NCBI GenBank assembly: GCA_965644295.1
Contig: CBFFRP010000150.1
Location: 186,001 to 250,000, forward strand
Origin: Paraphysomonas bandaiensis
Taxonomy: Eukaryota > Protista > Chrysophyceae
Direction: 5' to 3'
DNA: 64,000 nt
Notes under the pieces: generated by a model
Seen by the model: only the letters and a program-made list of their open reading frames with translations
What the model was told of the DNA's origin: nothing
Databases searched by the model: none
Shown: piece after piece, positions 26,091 to 40,200 of the stretch
Layout: every line of letters starts with the position of its first letter
Position numbering within the stretch: the stretch's first letter is position 1
Made by a program: the position numbers and the translations under genes

Positions 26091-27014
26091 ATGTTTTCAA
26101 GAATTGATGAAGATTCTATTGGTAATATATTCAGTTATTTAACATCAGCAGAATTAGGACGTGCTTGTATAGCTATACCTCATGTATATTCCTTATATAC
26201 AGTCAAATATCTTTGGAAACAACGTTGTGTAGAGGCATGGGGATATACTGATGCAGCAGATGAAATTCTACGCTTGCCTTTTAATGGGATGCACCTCATC
26301 TCTTACACATGGCCAATATGCGATAAGCTCTTGGCTGTGTCAGATTTATTGGTTACAATTTCTGATCTCTCCGTTGAATATCAAGGACTTGTTGGTGAGA
26401 GTAACAGAAGTGTTCAAGCGAAACATGCACTGCCACCTGTATCACCTTCAGATGATTCCGACTCGCAGCTTTGGCGTCTACTGAGATTTTATATGCCTAA
26501 AAGATTTGGGAGGCGAGACCACAAACATAAATTTTCCACTCCATTTTTGTCCCCGATGTCCCCGATGCTATGTTCTCTGAATCTTGAGCCACGAAGTGTG
26601 ATGTACTTTGAAGTGAGCATATCCGCTCTAGATATTGTCACTGAAAAGCCACAGGGAATAAAAGAGTGTATTGCAGTGGGCCTAGCTACTATGAGAGATA
26701 CTGGCATGAGGATTATGCCTGGTTGGGACGAAAACAGTTACGGCTACCACAGTGATGACGGCGCCATATTTCATGGAAACGGATATGGACTCGCTACTTA
26801 CGGCCCAGAATTCGGCACTGGAGATGTGGTGGGATGTGGAATTCGGTATGATACCCAGGAGATATTTTTTACACTGAATGGAGTATTTCTTGGTTATGCC
26901 TTCAAAAGTGTCCAGGGGTCTTTGCATCCCACTGTTGGCATTGATGCTAATGTGAAGCTTGAATTTAATTTTGGAAAATCACCATTCGTATTTGCTATTA
27001 GTGATGTACATTGA
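26091..27014 (+). CDS. F-box-like plus SPRY (SSH4/RanBP9-type) domain protein, intronless
   Basis: N-terminal IFSYLTSAELGRAC..LWK, then MYFEVSI..IAVGLA..MPGWDENSYGYHSDDG..YGPEFGTGDVVGCGI..FFTLNG..LHPTVG..FNFG..PF. Confidence 0.88.
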   Translation: MFSRIDEDSIGNIFSYLTSAELGRACIAIPHVYSLYTVKYLWKQRCVEAWGYTDAADEILRLPFNGMHLISYTWPICDKLLAVSDLLVTISDLSVEYQGLVGESNRSVQAKHALPPVSPSDDSDSQLWRLLRFYMPKRFGRRDHKHKFSTPFLSPMSPMLCSLNLEPRSVMYFEVSISALDIVTEKPQGIKECIAVGLATMRDTGMRIMPGWDENSYGYHSDDGAIFHGNGYGLATYGPEFGTGDVVGCGIRYDTQEIFFTLNGVFLGYAFKSVQGSLHPTVGIDANVKLEFNFGKSPFVFAISDVH

Positions 27015-27757
27015 GTGGTCTTCGCAGACTAAAGCTCTATTTTTATAGTCACGAGCAATGAATTTACTGTATATGCTATATGAGCTGTGGTAATATTGTA
27101 TTCGAGTAGTTGTTCAGGTTTCATGAATATTGTATAGTATTTTGTAGGTACCACCTTGAAATATGTATGTAGTTGCCACTGAATTTGTCTAGATATTTAT
27201 TGTAATATATCAATTTTATACTTCACATAACTGTGTGTGTACTGTCGTTCAGTGCTAAGTTTGGTCTTTACATATATAGATGCTCTTCCCGTAGAAAAAT
27301 AATGAATAAGTTTCAACACGAAAAATGATGAAATTGCTAATAAATTCTGCAAAGTGGTGGAAACGCATATGTCAACTAATACCTTGCTTGTAAGTCATCA
27401 GGAATATGTGTGAATGAGTAAGTTGATTAAACACAAATAGGGAAGTGGCATTGTAGTGAGACAGTGACTGTACCACCTTTCCATTTTCTCTCTACCGTAC
27501 ACATAAACTTTGCTTGAAGACAGTATTCATGGTGATCACTTACGACGAAATGGTAAATTTAAAAGACGAACTACTTGAGCTGGTGACTGGCGACCATAAC
27601 CCAATAAGCTAAATAAAACTGTTATTAAATTAAGAATTAAGAAGTATTAACACTTGTATACTCATATTAACAAAAAGAGTTGTTGGATTTACTGCAGTAC
27701 ACTTTGTGCTCCATTTACATATACTTGTATATTGGAGTACCGTATAAGTAGGTAAAA

Positions 27758-29829
27758 TCAATCTGTTTTATGGCTATTATGTCCATCTAAATTACTCTGC
27801 AATACTTTTATCCACTTGTTCAATTTATGCAGACATAACCTTCGATCAGCTGCAAGTCTCGAAAAATCAATTATATTCGATTGACTTTCTTCCAGTTCAC
27901 CGTCGACAACGACATCTGTGCCAGACTCTTCTTCTCCGGTAAGATACGCTATAGATGTGTTTCCCTTCGAAGCAACACTCACGGTAGTCTCCAATATACT
28001 ACGAACAAGAGCTCGCATTGTTGGATCAGGGTATCGCGAAATCGAGGTACACACTATTTCCACCATACCAACGTACTCCGCCAAAATATCATTGACTTTG
28101 CGGACGCCTCTTTCTCTCTCCTTAGAAGATAGATCAGGATTGCACTCAGCATTTAGCGACTCATTTATGGAGAGCTCCAATGTTGAAACGAAACGTCCGG
28201 CCAAATCAACTGGAGATTCTAAGCATTCCGTAGAGGAGGTAGCTGCATACCCATCAGTGGAAAGAATGGACAACAACTGTTTATTGACTATTGCAACTCT
28301 ACCAAGCTGGTGTTTTGTAGATCCGAGGAGAATGCAGAGCAGTTGCGGCAAAGCCGAAATTGGAGAATCGATCCCAATATGGAGACGTGAGAAGTGAGAA
28401 AGGGGATGTCCTACCTCAAGTCGAAGAATCATAGGAAATAAAGCGCCATGAACATACGTTGCAACAGTAACGCTCTCGCATGAGGAGAGTCGGGCAAGTG
28501 TCCACAGGAGCCTCTGGCGGGTAACTGTTGATAGGGTGTGGTAAAGAACAAAGGGTTGATCACTTGAGGACTGGGAACTTCGGCGGTACAGAACCACAGA
28601 CAGAACTGCTAGAAGCCTAGAGGAGAGAAAAACTTCCTCCAATTGTTGATAGAATGATAGCAATGCTGTTATCGCGCAGAGAGACTCCGCCACGCGGCCA
28701 TATGTAGAAGAGTTGTCTTCGGAGTCACCGGATTTGTGACGCTCGAATTCAGCACAAAGGTTCTCTGCAAGACATACAATTTCACCAACTGACCTAGCCA
28801 AAGAATTGACAATTGCAATTGACCCTGGCACACAAAGTCTAGTTAGATTTAAGAGTTCGTAAATGGTAGTTTCGGACCTGTAGAGGGGCTGGTCTTTGCA
28901 TCCAATTCAGAGGCAGCTATTTCAGACAGTACAGTCAGGCAGAGGAGTTGTAAATTTGTTGCCACTTCGCCAGTCTTTATACTTGCCTTCTTCAGTGGCG
29001 GCAAGACGGATGTTAGGAGCCCAGGCACCACTACTGCAGCTGCGGGAGGAAAAAGACTGCACACGTCGCGTAGTACGTACAAGAGATGTACAGCGGCGGT
29101 CACTGTGTGGTCTAGCACCGCCATAGCACATTGTCTCTCTCCCTCTTCTAATGGATTAGCGTCAGTTGATTGATAGTGAAGAACTTCAGAAATGACAATG
29201 GTGAGTTGCTCCTCCAATGATCGCGATGCTATTACATTGTTTGGTTGTCGCATTGTGTTGATACTCACAGCACTGACCAGACACTCAATTGCGCTTATTA
29301 TACCTCCGACCGTATCATTGGCCACCATACACTCACTGTCAACAGGCTGACGAGGATTAGAGAGCAAAAGTGAAGCAGAACAACGCTCATATAGTGAGAT
29401 CACAGTATGAATAATATCGAACCACGACTGAGCACCGTTACTCTCCAAAGAAAGTATTTTACAAAGTTGATCATGATCGTATTTAAATAAGTATGTTGGT
29501 AGTGCAATAAAAACAGCAGCGACTAAATCAGTAGTATATAGATAATGTGTATATGAAGGGGCAGTTTTCATGTATATGATATTCTCTAAAAACTTCTCAT
29601 TCACTAATGGTAATATAGAGTCTGTATGATTACACAGTGTATGAATATAATCTAGAAGTATCTTAATATCTTTATCATCAAGTACAGGATAATCATATTG
29701 TAATTTTGAATGTATTTCATGTGCTGTTAATGGTGGTAATGTTTCAAAATTACCATATTGAATCTTCATTGTATTTAATTCTTTTATCATTTCTGATATA
29801 AAATCATCTTTTGAATTCATTGTTGACAT
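27758..29829 (-). CDS. Unknown, predicted alpha-helical (ARM/HEAT-like) protein, 2 exons
   Basis: ORFs 28849-29829 and 27758-28831 joined by a ~53-nt GT..AG intron near 28825-28877. Leu/Val-rich amphipathic pattern. Confidence 0.7.
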
Positions 29830-31802
29830 ATTGATTCAATCTAATACAATCAAATGATAGTTATTGAGTTCTATTTAAGGTATGGTGATATAAACTGCTG
29901 GCTGTACATGTACATATCACGTCGCTTATATATACTGTATATATATATATATATATATGGTTGTGTGGCTTTGACACTTATTCATATTTTTAACTATTTT
30001 CTACTAATATATAGTACTTTAGATACATAAATGGTATAAAACAGCAATATTTTGTGATATTTTTCGCAAAATTTAGGGATTTTCACTATACTGAGCGACA
30101 CTCTATACACATACAGCAGCATCTCTCTTTGCTCGTTAAAAACTTTGCATCCTGTGGACACTCGATAAGTATATATTGGAGCTGTTTGTCTTATTAACAC
30201 TTCCTGGGATATCTCAAAGTGTTTCTTTTGTTTATGTTAGTATAGCGGATTTGTACTGATCAGTGCAGTTGCATACACCCCTTATAGTGCATTGCTTGCA
30301 ACATATCTTGTCATGAGTGCTTCATACATCACACCTGACATTACTGTTAGACTAAATCAACTATGCTTGATATGATCATGTGCTCAGATTGTTGTAATTT
30401 GTTTTGTTGCATTGTGTACGGTAGAAACGCACACACACATGTGCATTTAAAGTACACACAAAGGTATACATAAATATATGCAGAGGTATAACAAATATAC
30501 ATTCACGCAAGTCCCGTGGAAAGGCAGTTCGGGACAAAGTCTTGAAAATAGCCAACAAAGACAAAGATGTAGAAACATTCAACGATCAGCTGCACTCGCC
30601 ATAAAACCTGTTTCAATCGTCAAGCATGGCAACAATAGCATTGAAGATGCAACAAGACCACAATAAAGCTGAATGACTGCATTGTATTAGGTGTCATATA
30701 TATATGACATGAGTGAACACTGCTTGCTGTGGCCTTACAGCACTCTAACATGGGGCGTCTGCAACAAATAAGCTAGTAAAAGACATTACAACTTTAATCA
30801 TTGCACAACGCCCAAGGAAGCCCAACAAGTGCTAGAAGTCTTTTTACCAAATGAATATCGCATATTTTCCACTTGATAGTTTGGTTCCAGCACTGGAAAG
30901 CTGACTCAGCTGGTGATAATGTAGCATATGCACGTAATTACTACGACGGCAGCGGTGCACTGAAATCTAATCAAATTGGTTGATATGGCCTATCCATGCC
31001 CTTCATCCATCGCCATGACATATTATTTGGGCACTTTCCAAATTTCTAGTGAATATATGACCTGACATTCACTGTATGGACCCCACTTCTCGTTGGGCAA
31101 ATACTAACCGACACAGAATCCAAGCCAATCAAAGATGATACGTGACCCCCCCAGACCCTCTTGAGTAGTCTCACTTTATAGATAATATTGACATACTCCA
31201 TTCTAAAGATTGTGTGTGTCTCTGATTGTATTGGTGGATGTTGTGAATAGTTGTGGAGTTTTGTAACTAATGTCTTGTCTTTATCTGTATATCAGTTCTT
31301 CAAGATGGAGTGGTAAGGCTATTCTTTATGACACAATCAAAAAATGCATTTTATGTGTCGCACTCATGCACATTCAATTTCTTCGTAGTCTATACAATAC
31401 TGAAGTACTGATTCTTGTGTAGTTATGAGTATTAGCAGTTAGAATACGATATAAAATTGCTATCAAGGTGGCTTTTGAAAGAAACCTATTAAGCCGAAAC
31501 CTAAATTTGTTTTATAAAATGATGATATCTAACACTGCTAACCTAGATATTCTCCCTGAGGGGTGGGGGTAAAGAGGGTGTGTGCCAATTCTCTCCCCTC
31601 TTTTTTTCAGAATGGTAAGAATGCTTCCTCAACACCGAATGCAATAAGCCACCCAAGAAACCTCCTTGAATTATATTATCAAAACGAAAAGCAGCCTCCA
31701 TACAGGAAACAAGCGTCTGTGCCAAACAACGTTTCCATCTCTATTGACAGTTCATCTTAAGTAAATACAGCTATCTAATAACACAAGATTATACACCAAT
31801 GC

Positions 31803-33575
31803 TTAGCTACTTTTATACGACCCATTCTTCTGACCAAAGGCAGCTGCCGCAGCTGTATCTTTGATGGCAATGTGTTTATTTAACATTTCAGAGTACGTAT
31901 CATATAGTTGAGCCCACTCTTTGGCCTCAGCTATATGTCTGGTCATTGTGAAATATAGATCCAAGTGATGAGCAACTTCTGATTTTAACGCTTGTACGTT
32001 GGACTTTGTGGTCTCTATTTCTTCGTCAATACTCGCTATATACTCTGCCATCTGCTTCTTGTTCATCCGCGGTGCCTTTTTTTTGGTAATCTCTGTGTCT
32101 ATACCAAGTCTTGCGGCTTCCTTCTCACCTAGTTCACGCATATTTCCCCTGTTGTAGGATTCCTTTGCTGCTTGCATTACTTCCTCGCCTATTGATCCGA
32201 CTAACACTTCGTCCTCTCCAAGTTCGCGATCTACACCCAGCGGAAACAGGTGAGTATCACTAGATATAAGGTTCAGACAAGCTGCCAAAAAGCTCTCTTT
32301 GGTGATGGCCTGCAAAGGTCTCTCAAACATTGTCCGGGGTGCATAGCAAAGTCGCCTTACCTCTTTCAGGACATTTTCTAGGGTCAGTCCACCTCCATAT
32401 TTAGCTTTATTTTCATTGAAGTGTTCTCGCAATCGTTGGCACTCTTTTCGGGGCATGCACCCAAGTATGCTATGTACCCATTAAATAAGACATTAATGTG
32501 GTATACTCTACCTACCGTGAAATCGAGTCTTTGTCTTCCATGAGACGCCCACACAAAAGTGCATACTTGTGAGTGCAACGCGCACAGAGCAGAGAGTAGA
32601 AATCACCACTGAATTTCTTTAAGTCTTCGACCAAGTTATTTCCTCGGTAAACGGCGTTCACCGAGAGAAACTGCTGGTAGCTTAGGTTGGAGAACACTTG
32701 TACATATACATCAGCATCCTTTTTAGTAGCGGCAGTTTCTAGGTTACTCGCGACACATGCCGCAAATTCAGGATCGAACCCAGAACCTGACTCATCGCGG
32801 CGACACTCCAGTACACCAGACATGAGAGCACCAAAGTTGCGGTACGACTTTGAACGCACCACTTCCGCAAAGTCCTTTCCATGCTGTGCCTTATACCAAT
32901 CGAGAGCGCCACGCAACTCTCTGTTGGTCCTTGTGGACACAATCTATACAACAGAATCCCACGTAACGATAAGCAAAAAATGCGTTGCAACCTGTCACAT
33001 ACCTCTATAATTATGTCCATATCCTTAATATGGTTTGTTAAAAGTTGTCCATCTCTCTCGGGCTGGTCAGTACACACAAAAAGCAAGAGTCGTCCGAGAC
33101 CCGACTGGGACCCTGTCAACCTTCCAAGTGAGGTCCGCAAATTCCTTTGAATTTCACGAATTAATGACACATTGTGCTTCTTTTCGTATATATTGCCAAT
33201 CATTTCAAGCTGCCACTTAGTTCTAGACGTCAAAATATCTATCAATACGCGCTTATCAATTTGTGAGGCTTGGAGTGCTCTGAACACATCATCAGCATCC
33301 CTCTCCATAGCGTACTGCAGCAGAAATTCGTAGCCATCTTTTGCCTTCTGTTGAGTCATTGTCAGTGATGACAACTCATCTCTACATTGTGCAAGTACAC
33401 TCTCAATCCCATACTTCTCGAATAAGAGCAGGTTATGGGCTAGTTTAACTGAAGTTAACTCTTTGAGACGGCCTTTGATGTCGGGCAAATTGATTTCCAC
33501 CTCTGACTCATTGGTAGCCAATTCTCCAGGAACAGAGACATCACCAGCTGCATCTTTGCTACCTCCACATCCCAT
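31803..33575 (-). CDS. Annexin-repeat protein with N-terminal acylation motif (MGCGGS) and C-terminal coiled coil, 3 exons
   Basis: RDADDVFRAL..VLIDILTSRTKWQL..IY..SLIREI and IIEIVSTRTNREL..YKAQHGKDFAEVVRSKSYRNFGALM are annexin repeats. The 3' end is tentative. Confidence 0.8.
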
Positions 33576-34239
33576 TATCTATATAACAATTTGACTATAA
33601 GCAGGAGCCTAGCAGGAATCTAAACTATTACGAATATGTGATTATAGACAAAATAATGAATTAATCATACTTCAATTCTCATCATTATATACTATTCACT
33701 ATACATTCTGATCTATATGTTGTAGATATATGTATAGTACACTCCTTCAAATTCAGGTATGCTGCCTGTTTAGCGGTCGTGCACAATGATTGCCCATATG
33801 TACCAACATCTTGTGTATATGCTGACTACTCTTCCCAACTGCAGTTAACTTACTTTTATATAGATGGGGTAGAAAATAGACATATGTAGGAAGGGGAATC
33901 AATTTCTCACACTTTTTCAATTCAATAAGATACGAAAATCTTCACTTTTCACACTTTCTTATAATTCTAGTACAATAAAACAGGAGTTTTCATTGTACTC
34001 CCTACAAAAAGATATACACAAACGCAGTTTATATGTATAGTAGTAGGAATTCCTACAGTATGTAGGATACAACAAAGAATTAATTTTTTATAGGAAGTGT
34101 GCATGATTTGCCTGTCAATATACAGTATATCAACCTGCGTATAGGAGGATACACATATATGTCTTGGAGCAGCTATATGTGAGCTTCTGATATACTTAAA
34201 GCTCCATTAATCATTTTAATAGAGATGTTAGAATAAAAA

Positions 34240-37200
34240 ATGAATATGACTACATTAATTGAAACAAGTAATACAGAATTATTAAGAAAACTTAATGATT
34301 TTATTATAAAAAATGAAAAATATATATATTATGGTAAAGAAATGGATAGTATGTTACGATCACTATGTAATGAATTAGTTGCTGCTATTGAAAGTTGTAT
34401 TGGACCTAGTGATGTAAATCTACAACATGAAGTATGTTTAACATTCTTAACAACAACTTTACCACGTATAATTGATATATTTCTTCGTCGAGATACATTA
34501 AGGTAAGGTAGTTCAGTTATTATGATATACTCATTACACTGTTAGACCTCATGTACCATGTGTCACGGAGGTGTTACTTGCTACTGCACGTCTGCTCGCC
34601 CAACCTGTTTCGAGTGAAATCCTAAAGCTGTGTGAACTACGAAACCATCTGTTGAGCGGAAGTAACAATTTCAAATTTGTGAATCCCACTGAGTTGGGTG
34701 TCGGAGGACCTTATGCTAAGCCTGTTTCACATCGTGGTTTCTATGTTGACCATGGCCGTCCTGAAGTAGTGATCATTGTAAGTTCAGACCTCTCCCGTAC
34801 TTATATAATATGGTTGTGCAGAATCGACAGAGTGTATACTTTTGGCCGAGAGATTGGGCAGATATTGTTGGGGGTGATAATGCTGTAGGACATTTTGTAA
34901 GGGTATATTTTAAGCGGCGGTGGGTGGAGGGCCAGATAGTAGCATACAATTCTAAAAGCTGCACTCACCGGGTGAATGTAGTGAGGGAGGAAGCTCTCTT
35001 CTCTGACGACAAAGATATGAGTGGTGGTACAGATGTTACTCAAGAGGACGTATTTTATGCTGCAGGCCTTGTGGACACTCCTCCTGTAACACACCGAGCC
35101 CCAGTTGCTACAACTGAAACTCCAGATATATCAGTTGACCTGAGTTCCTGTATGCACACCTGGGTGGATACGCAGTACAGGGACCGCGTCAGATCTCGCT
35201 CACAATCATTTGAAACAGGATTATCTTATAGTGAGGCAGATATCGGACTATTCGTGCGTGTTTGGTGGCCTAAGTATAGTACGGACTACTATGGCAAAAT
35301 AGTAGGGTACTCGGCTACTGAGGGACAACACACTGTAGTGTATGAGGATAAAGACGAACGTACAGTGCGTCTAGGCGAACGAGACTGCGAGGTGATACGT
35401 GGTGTACCAGAGTTAGTGATGCAAAGCGCTGCTAGTCGATCGGATGGGTCTCAGGCTATGTTAGTTGGTAACTGGCACAAAGGTACCCGTGCCCAGCGCA
35501 AACCTAGTGGTGGGGCTGTAGCTGCAGCTTCAGCCGCGTTTTACTTACAGCCACGAAATGAGGGAGTGTGTGTGCGCCCGGAACCCCACCAAGCTCACTC
35601 CTTTAGCTTTCTTTTGGCAGATGTTATTGATATGTATTTCGCGGAGGGAGGGTTTACGTCTCTCTTTCAAGTACTTCGTGATATGTCTGCTCCCCCTCCC
35701 GACCTTCATGTAATTATTGTACACATGAAATTAGTGTACTCCTTACGGCAACGTATTCGCAAGCAATTTTTCCGTGCTATTGCTTGGGAAGTAAAGGAGG
35801 TTATACCAACAACCATCCTGCGGTTTAAAGAAGCTCAGATTAAAACTGTGTCTCAAACAGATATCAATACTGTTTTGTGTGGGTTAAAGGATATTATAGC
35901 ACATGCCAGCAGCTCAGATTGTAATGTTCGACGAGAAATCGATATATTTAATTTACAGATTGCTGCTATGTTGGTGCGCTCGTCACAGCTCCAGAAGCGG
36001 TATCTGGGGCTCTCTGCGATACAGGGGGAAATAGAAGTAGCGATGCCGCAAGTTGTATCACTTTTGCTCCGTCAGACATCTAACGCTAGGGGCTCAGTTC
36101 GTGGAGGAAATAAATCCCCTACAAATGGAAAAAAGTCACTGATCGGCCCCGCATACTTAGCACAATGGGTGGAGGATAACAACATATTTGATAGTATATT
36201 TGGGGAGTCTTTACATCAAGATCTTGCTGCGAAAAGCGAATTTCTTCTTGTATTTCTTGCTCTTCAGAGGCGACTAACTGAAGATCATATCGCAGCCATA
36301 TGGCAAGCCTCTCAAGGAGGGCATGAAGCCGTTGTTCGTGTGCTGCACCAGCTTATCCTTCGTATTGTTCCTGTTATGGAACCTACTTTGAGGATGTTTT
36401 TATTCAATCTCATCTCGATTGTGCCTTACTCTGATTATTCGGAGCAGCATTTGCATTTGCTGAAGGAGTACACCGTCTGTGTTCTCCGTGCCCAGCGATC
36501 GGAGGAGGCATCTCCAGGAGGATCTTCTACTTCTAATGGTAGTAACCACGGAACTTCTTTGCCTACTCAGCCCCAGGCGATTATGTCGCCTGGTATGTCG
36601 ACGGGGTCATCGAATGGTGTTGCTACGACTGTGGCCACAACAGCCAATGACCCGAGTAGCTCTAGTGGTCGGAGGGGTCAGGTTGCCCATACTCCACAAA
36701 GGATATGGATGGGATTTGCTGTGTTGTGGCAGTTCATACAAGACCAGCCCTACAGCTCCACAGGGAACTGTGGGACTTCAGTTATTCACGTTAGTGTTCC
36801 AATTATAGACTTGGCAGTCCAGCTTTTGGTAGATTTGCTTAGAGATGAGTTTAGAGATGAGAGAGAAATTATGATTCAACAGTGCATGCAAAACATCAAG
36901 AACGGCACAAGTGTTCCTGTTTCGTTGAAGATTATCCGAATGACTTTGTCCTTGTACCCTTCTACCAGTGGTGGCTGGTTTAATGTGGGTCGCTCTGCAG
37001 CTAAAACAACCACAGTTGGCATATTGATTGACAGACTATGCAAGCAAGACAATCTTTTAGCTTTAATATTTGATGAAATATCTAGCTATCACATGTTATA
37101 TATGGAACAAAAGTCTACTCTATCAAATGTATTATACGCTAACGATGTACGTATTAAAATTAAGGGGAAGCTGTGCAGAATTCCACATCTAAGTGGAATG

Positions 37201-40200
37201 ATGGAACGATTGCACCTGCTGTCATTTTTACTATGCAATTCCACTTTATGTTTGAGCGAAGATCAACTATTTTTGCTTTGGAAGGTGTATATTGAAGAAG
37301 CATCAAGCCCACAAGTTGTTGAGTTATTTATAACATGGATAGAATCATTTTTGACTGTGGAAAAGAAATCATTTTATGTGTTCCTATGCTCTTTGTCACA
37401 GGAAGGCGGGGAAGATATAAAGTCAAAATCGAAACTTGACATTCTTCGTCCTTTGTCTAATTTAAATGACTACTACTCTGAGAGTGAGTATTCGCAGTCG
37501 TTTACCGATAATGCGCTTCACAGTATACTCGATCAAAAACTTGGGTCATTAGTTGATGCTAGTGCCGCTGATTTTAGCTTCATCTGCCGTCAGCCAATGG
37601 CTTCACTATGCATGAAGTTGATTTTGTACGCCAATGTTAATTCTAAGAGTATCAGAGTGGATTCGGAAGGCGGGTGGCTCCGGGTGTCATCAACACTTAT
37701 GGGTCTTGGTCTATTATGGCGCATGGCTGTGGACTCGGAGGAGCCTGATGTGCATGAGGCAGCATCATATTTGTTAATCGAGCTGCATCATCGTATGTCA
37801 CCTAAACTAAAAGATATTGATGAAATCCGTAGTATTTTTTTGAAACACTGCTTTTCACAGATGTCTGCGTGTATTCAGTGCCTCAGAACTGGAGAACCAT
37901 TACCGAGTGCTGAGAACGGTTCCTTTCCTGAAGATGATGGTGTACTTGATTCTGCAACTTTAGCTCGCAGAGTAAAAAGATATGTTACACTCATGAGACT
38001 TTTTGTCCAAAGATTTAACCATTTTCCGAAGCAATACTGTAAAATTATTGTGATAAGTGGGCGAAGTAGTTCGCGACTAGTAGATCTCACTGCATCTCTG
38101 GATGATACTATTCGTAGTCTTCGAGAGCGCATTGGTAGTCAGTATCATGTTCAAATTGAATGTGTTGGACTTTCTAGACTGACAAAGGCAAGTATTGAAC
38201 TTGGTGGTCCAGGAGATACCATTGATACGTCATCAACGGAACGCCTCGACAAAGATGAGGTTACACTACGGGCTTTGAAGTTCCGTCCTGTAGAATCAGT
38301 AGTAGTTACGAGGATCGAGACTTCTGACAGCATGCTCAATAACGAAAGTAATGACGATGCATCGAAGTATACTCACGAAAGCACTGTTGGTAAAGTCAAA
38401 AAACAGGATATAATACTTGCCAAACACCTTTGTGCGACCTTTATTCCTCCTCTCAACCCTTTTGAATGGTTGGGAGTGGACTCCAGCGGTTCCAAGGATT
38501 TGGGTAACACCTGTCCTTTAAGCAATCGCAGTGGTGCAATTGAGTACACGCCACTGCTGTCTATGCCTGTATTGCCCCTACCGCCGCATATCGACATGAC
38601 ACTCGCTACACCTTCGATCTCTTCAACCGACCAGTTTAGCACTGGAAAGGGCGAAATAACAAGAATTTCTCGTCTGGCGAAGTATCTTGGCCCATATCTA
38701 GATAGTAAGCCGGAGCACTTTGACCAGCTGTTGCAAATGCTTGATGGCTATCTGTCGTTGGAAATTGAAGTTAGAGTATAAATGTGTCTGATATTCGTAT
38801 TTCATATATCTTGTATTGGCAGGGCACTCCTGAATCCGAGCACGAGGTATCGATGGCAGTTTGGGAGGTAATTTTACCACGATTTGGCTGGTGTATCTCA
38901 TTGTGGGTAGGTTGTTCAATCTTTGCCTGTTCATCCTGTTTTGCTTCATACTCTCCGGACTTTGACGCATCAACCAGGAGTAAATAACTCTGCATTTTTT
39001 AAGGAGTTATTGGATCCTAATTGTCCGTATAGACTCCTTTACACACTGCAGGTACGAGTGGTACTCATCAATATAGCTCTGGTGACTTGTGTTTAGATCA
39101 TTGATGGGTTACTCACGCCTGTGGCACCAAGTTCTATCAGTGCGCTACATTGGGATAGACCCACCCTGGAGTGGGCTTGGCAGTTTCTCCTGATGGGAGG
39201 TGCAGAGTATTTGACAAGTCTAATGCATATTTTGCTGGCTACACTGCCCAGTATTATAAACACTGCTGGCACAAATAGAGTTCATCAGTCACATGAGGGA
39301 CATTCTACTGGAGTAACACGACCGGATGCTTTCGTATTAAGTATAGTGTTGTCGGAGAAAATTCTGCATAAACTCTTGACAGTTGATGTCGAGTACGGCA
39401 AGTGGCAATTAGATACACCTTATGACCCAGGTGCTGTTTTTGTTGGAACTGATATCTCCTCTGTAATTCCCGGGGGAATGGTCCTCACATGTTTCGATGT
39501 GAAACACTTTATTCCAAGTGTTATGGATGCCACTTTACAAACGTCAAGTATCGTAGCACATGTCTCTTCGTCTAGTCAGTTATTGGCAACGGTTCAGTCG
39601 TTTGTAGAGTACACTATAATTCTGGTTTTTGGCTTGTTGATGTCGGCGGAGGACAGCCTAGAAATATTAGATCAGTACGAAGATTTTCATCGATGGATAA
39701 GGAGCGTAACTCTGCGCTCACCGCACGAGTCGATTCGTCGCTCTGCGTGTCGACGACTTTCCGAGTGCTGTGCGATGCTACTTATGAAGTGTCGAGATGA
39801 GACCGGCCTTTCATCGACCCAGAGAGAATGTCGAGTTGCTTTATTTCATTACATATTCAACTGCATTGTATGCGCTGCACATCCAGATTATGCGGGTGCT
39901 CTGCATTCGAATTTAGATATCAACTCACGAGGATTAGTAGGACCGGAGAACTACCGCAATGCAGGCGAATTGTATCATCTTATAGCGTGTCTGATGGCAC
40001 TGCGATCACGACCGGAAGTGCTGTCGTATCTTGGTATTGGATCGCTTATTTCTGTGTGTGGCTCGGAAGAGGATTTAAATCAAATTGTTCATGTCGAGGC
40101 TCGAAATACCTGGTTTGATGAACGTAACCTGTGCAGTTTATTTGCAGAGAAGCTTTTCACTCATAAAGCACGCGAGATGTTTCATTCTCCAGAAGTAGAC

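Noticed and set aside
30230-31330. Moderately GC-rich intergenic stretch with short ORFs, possibly a decayed retroelement
   Set aside because: No recognisable motif, termini or second copy in the window.
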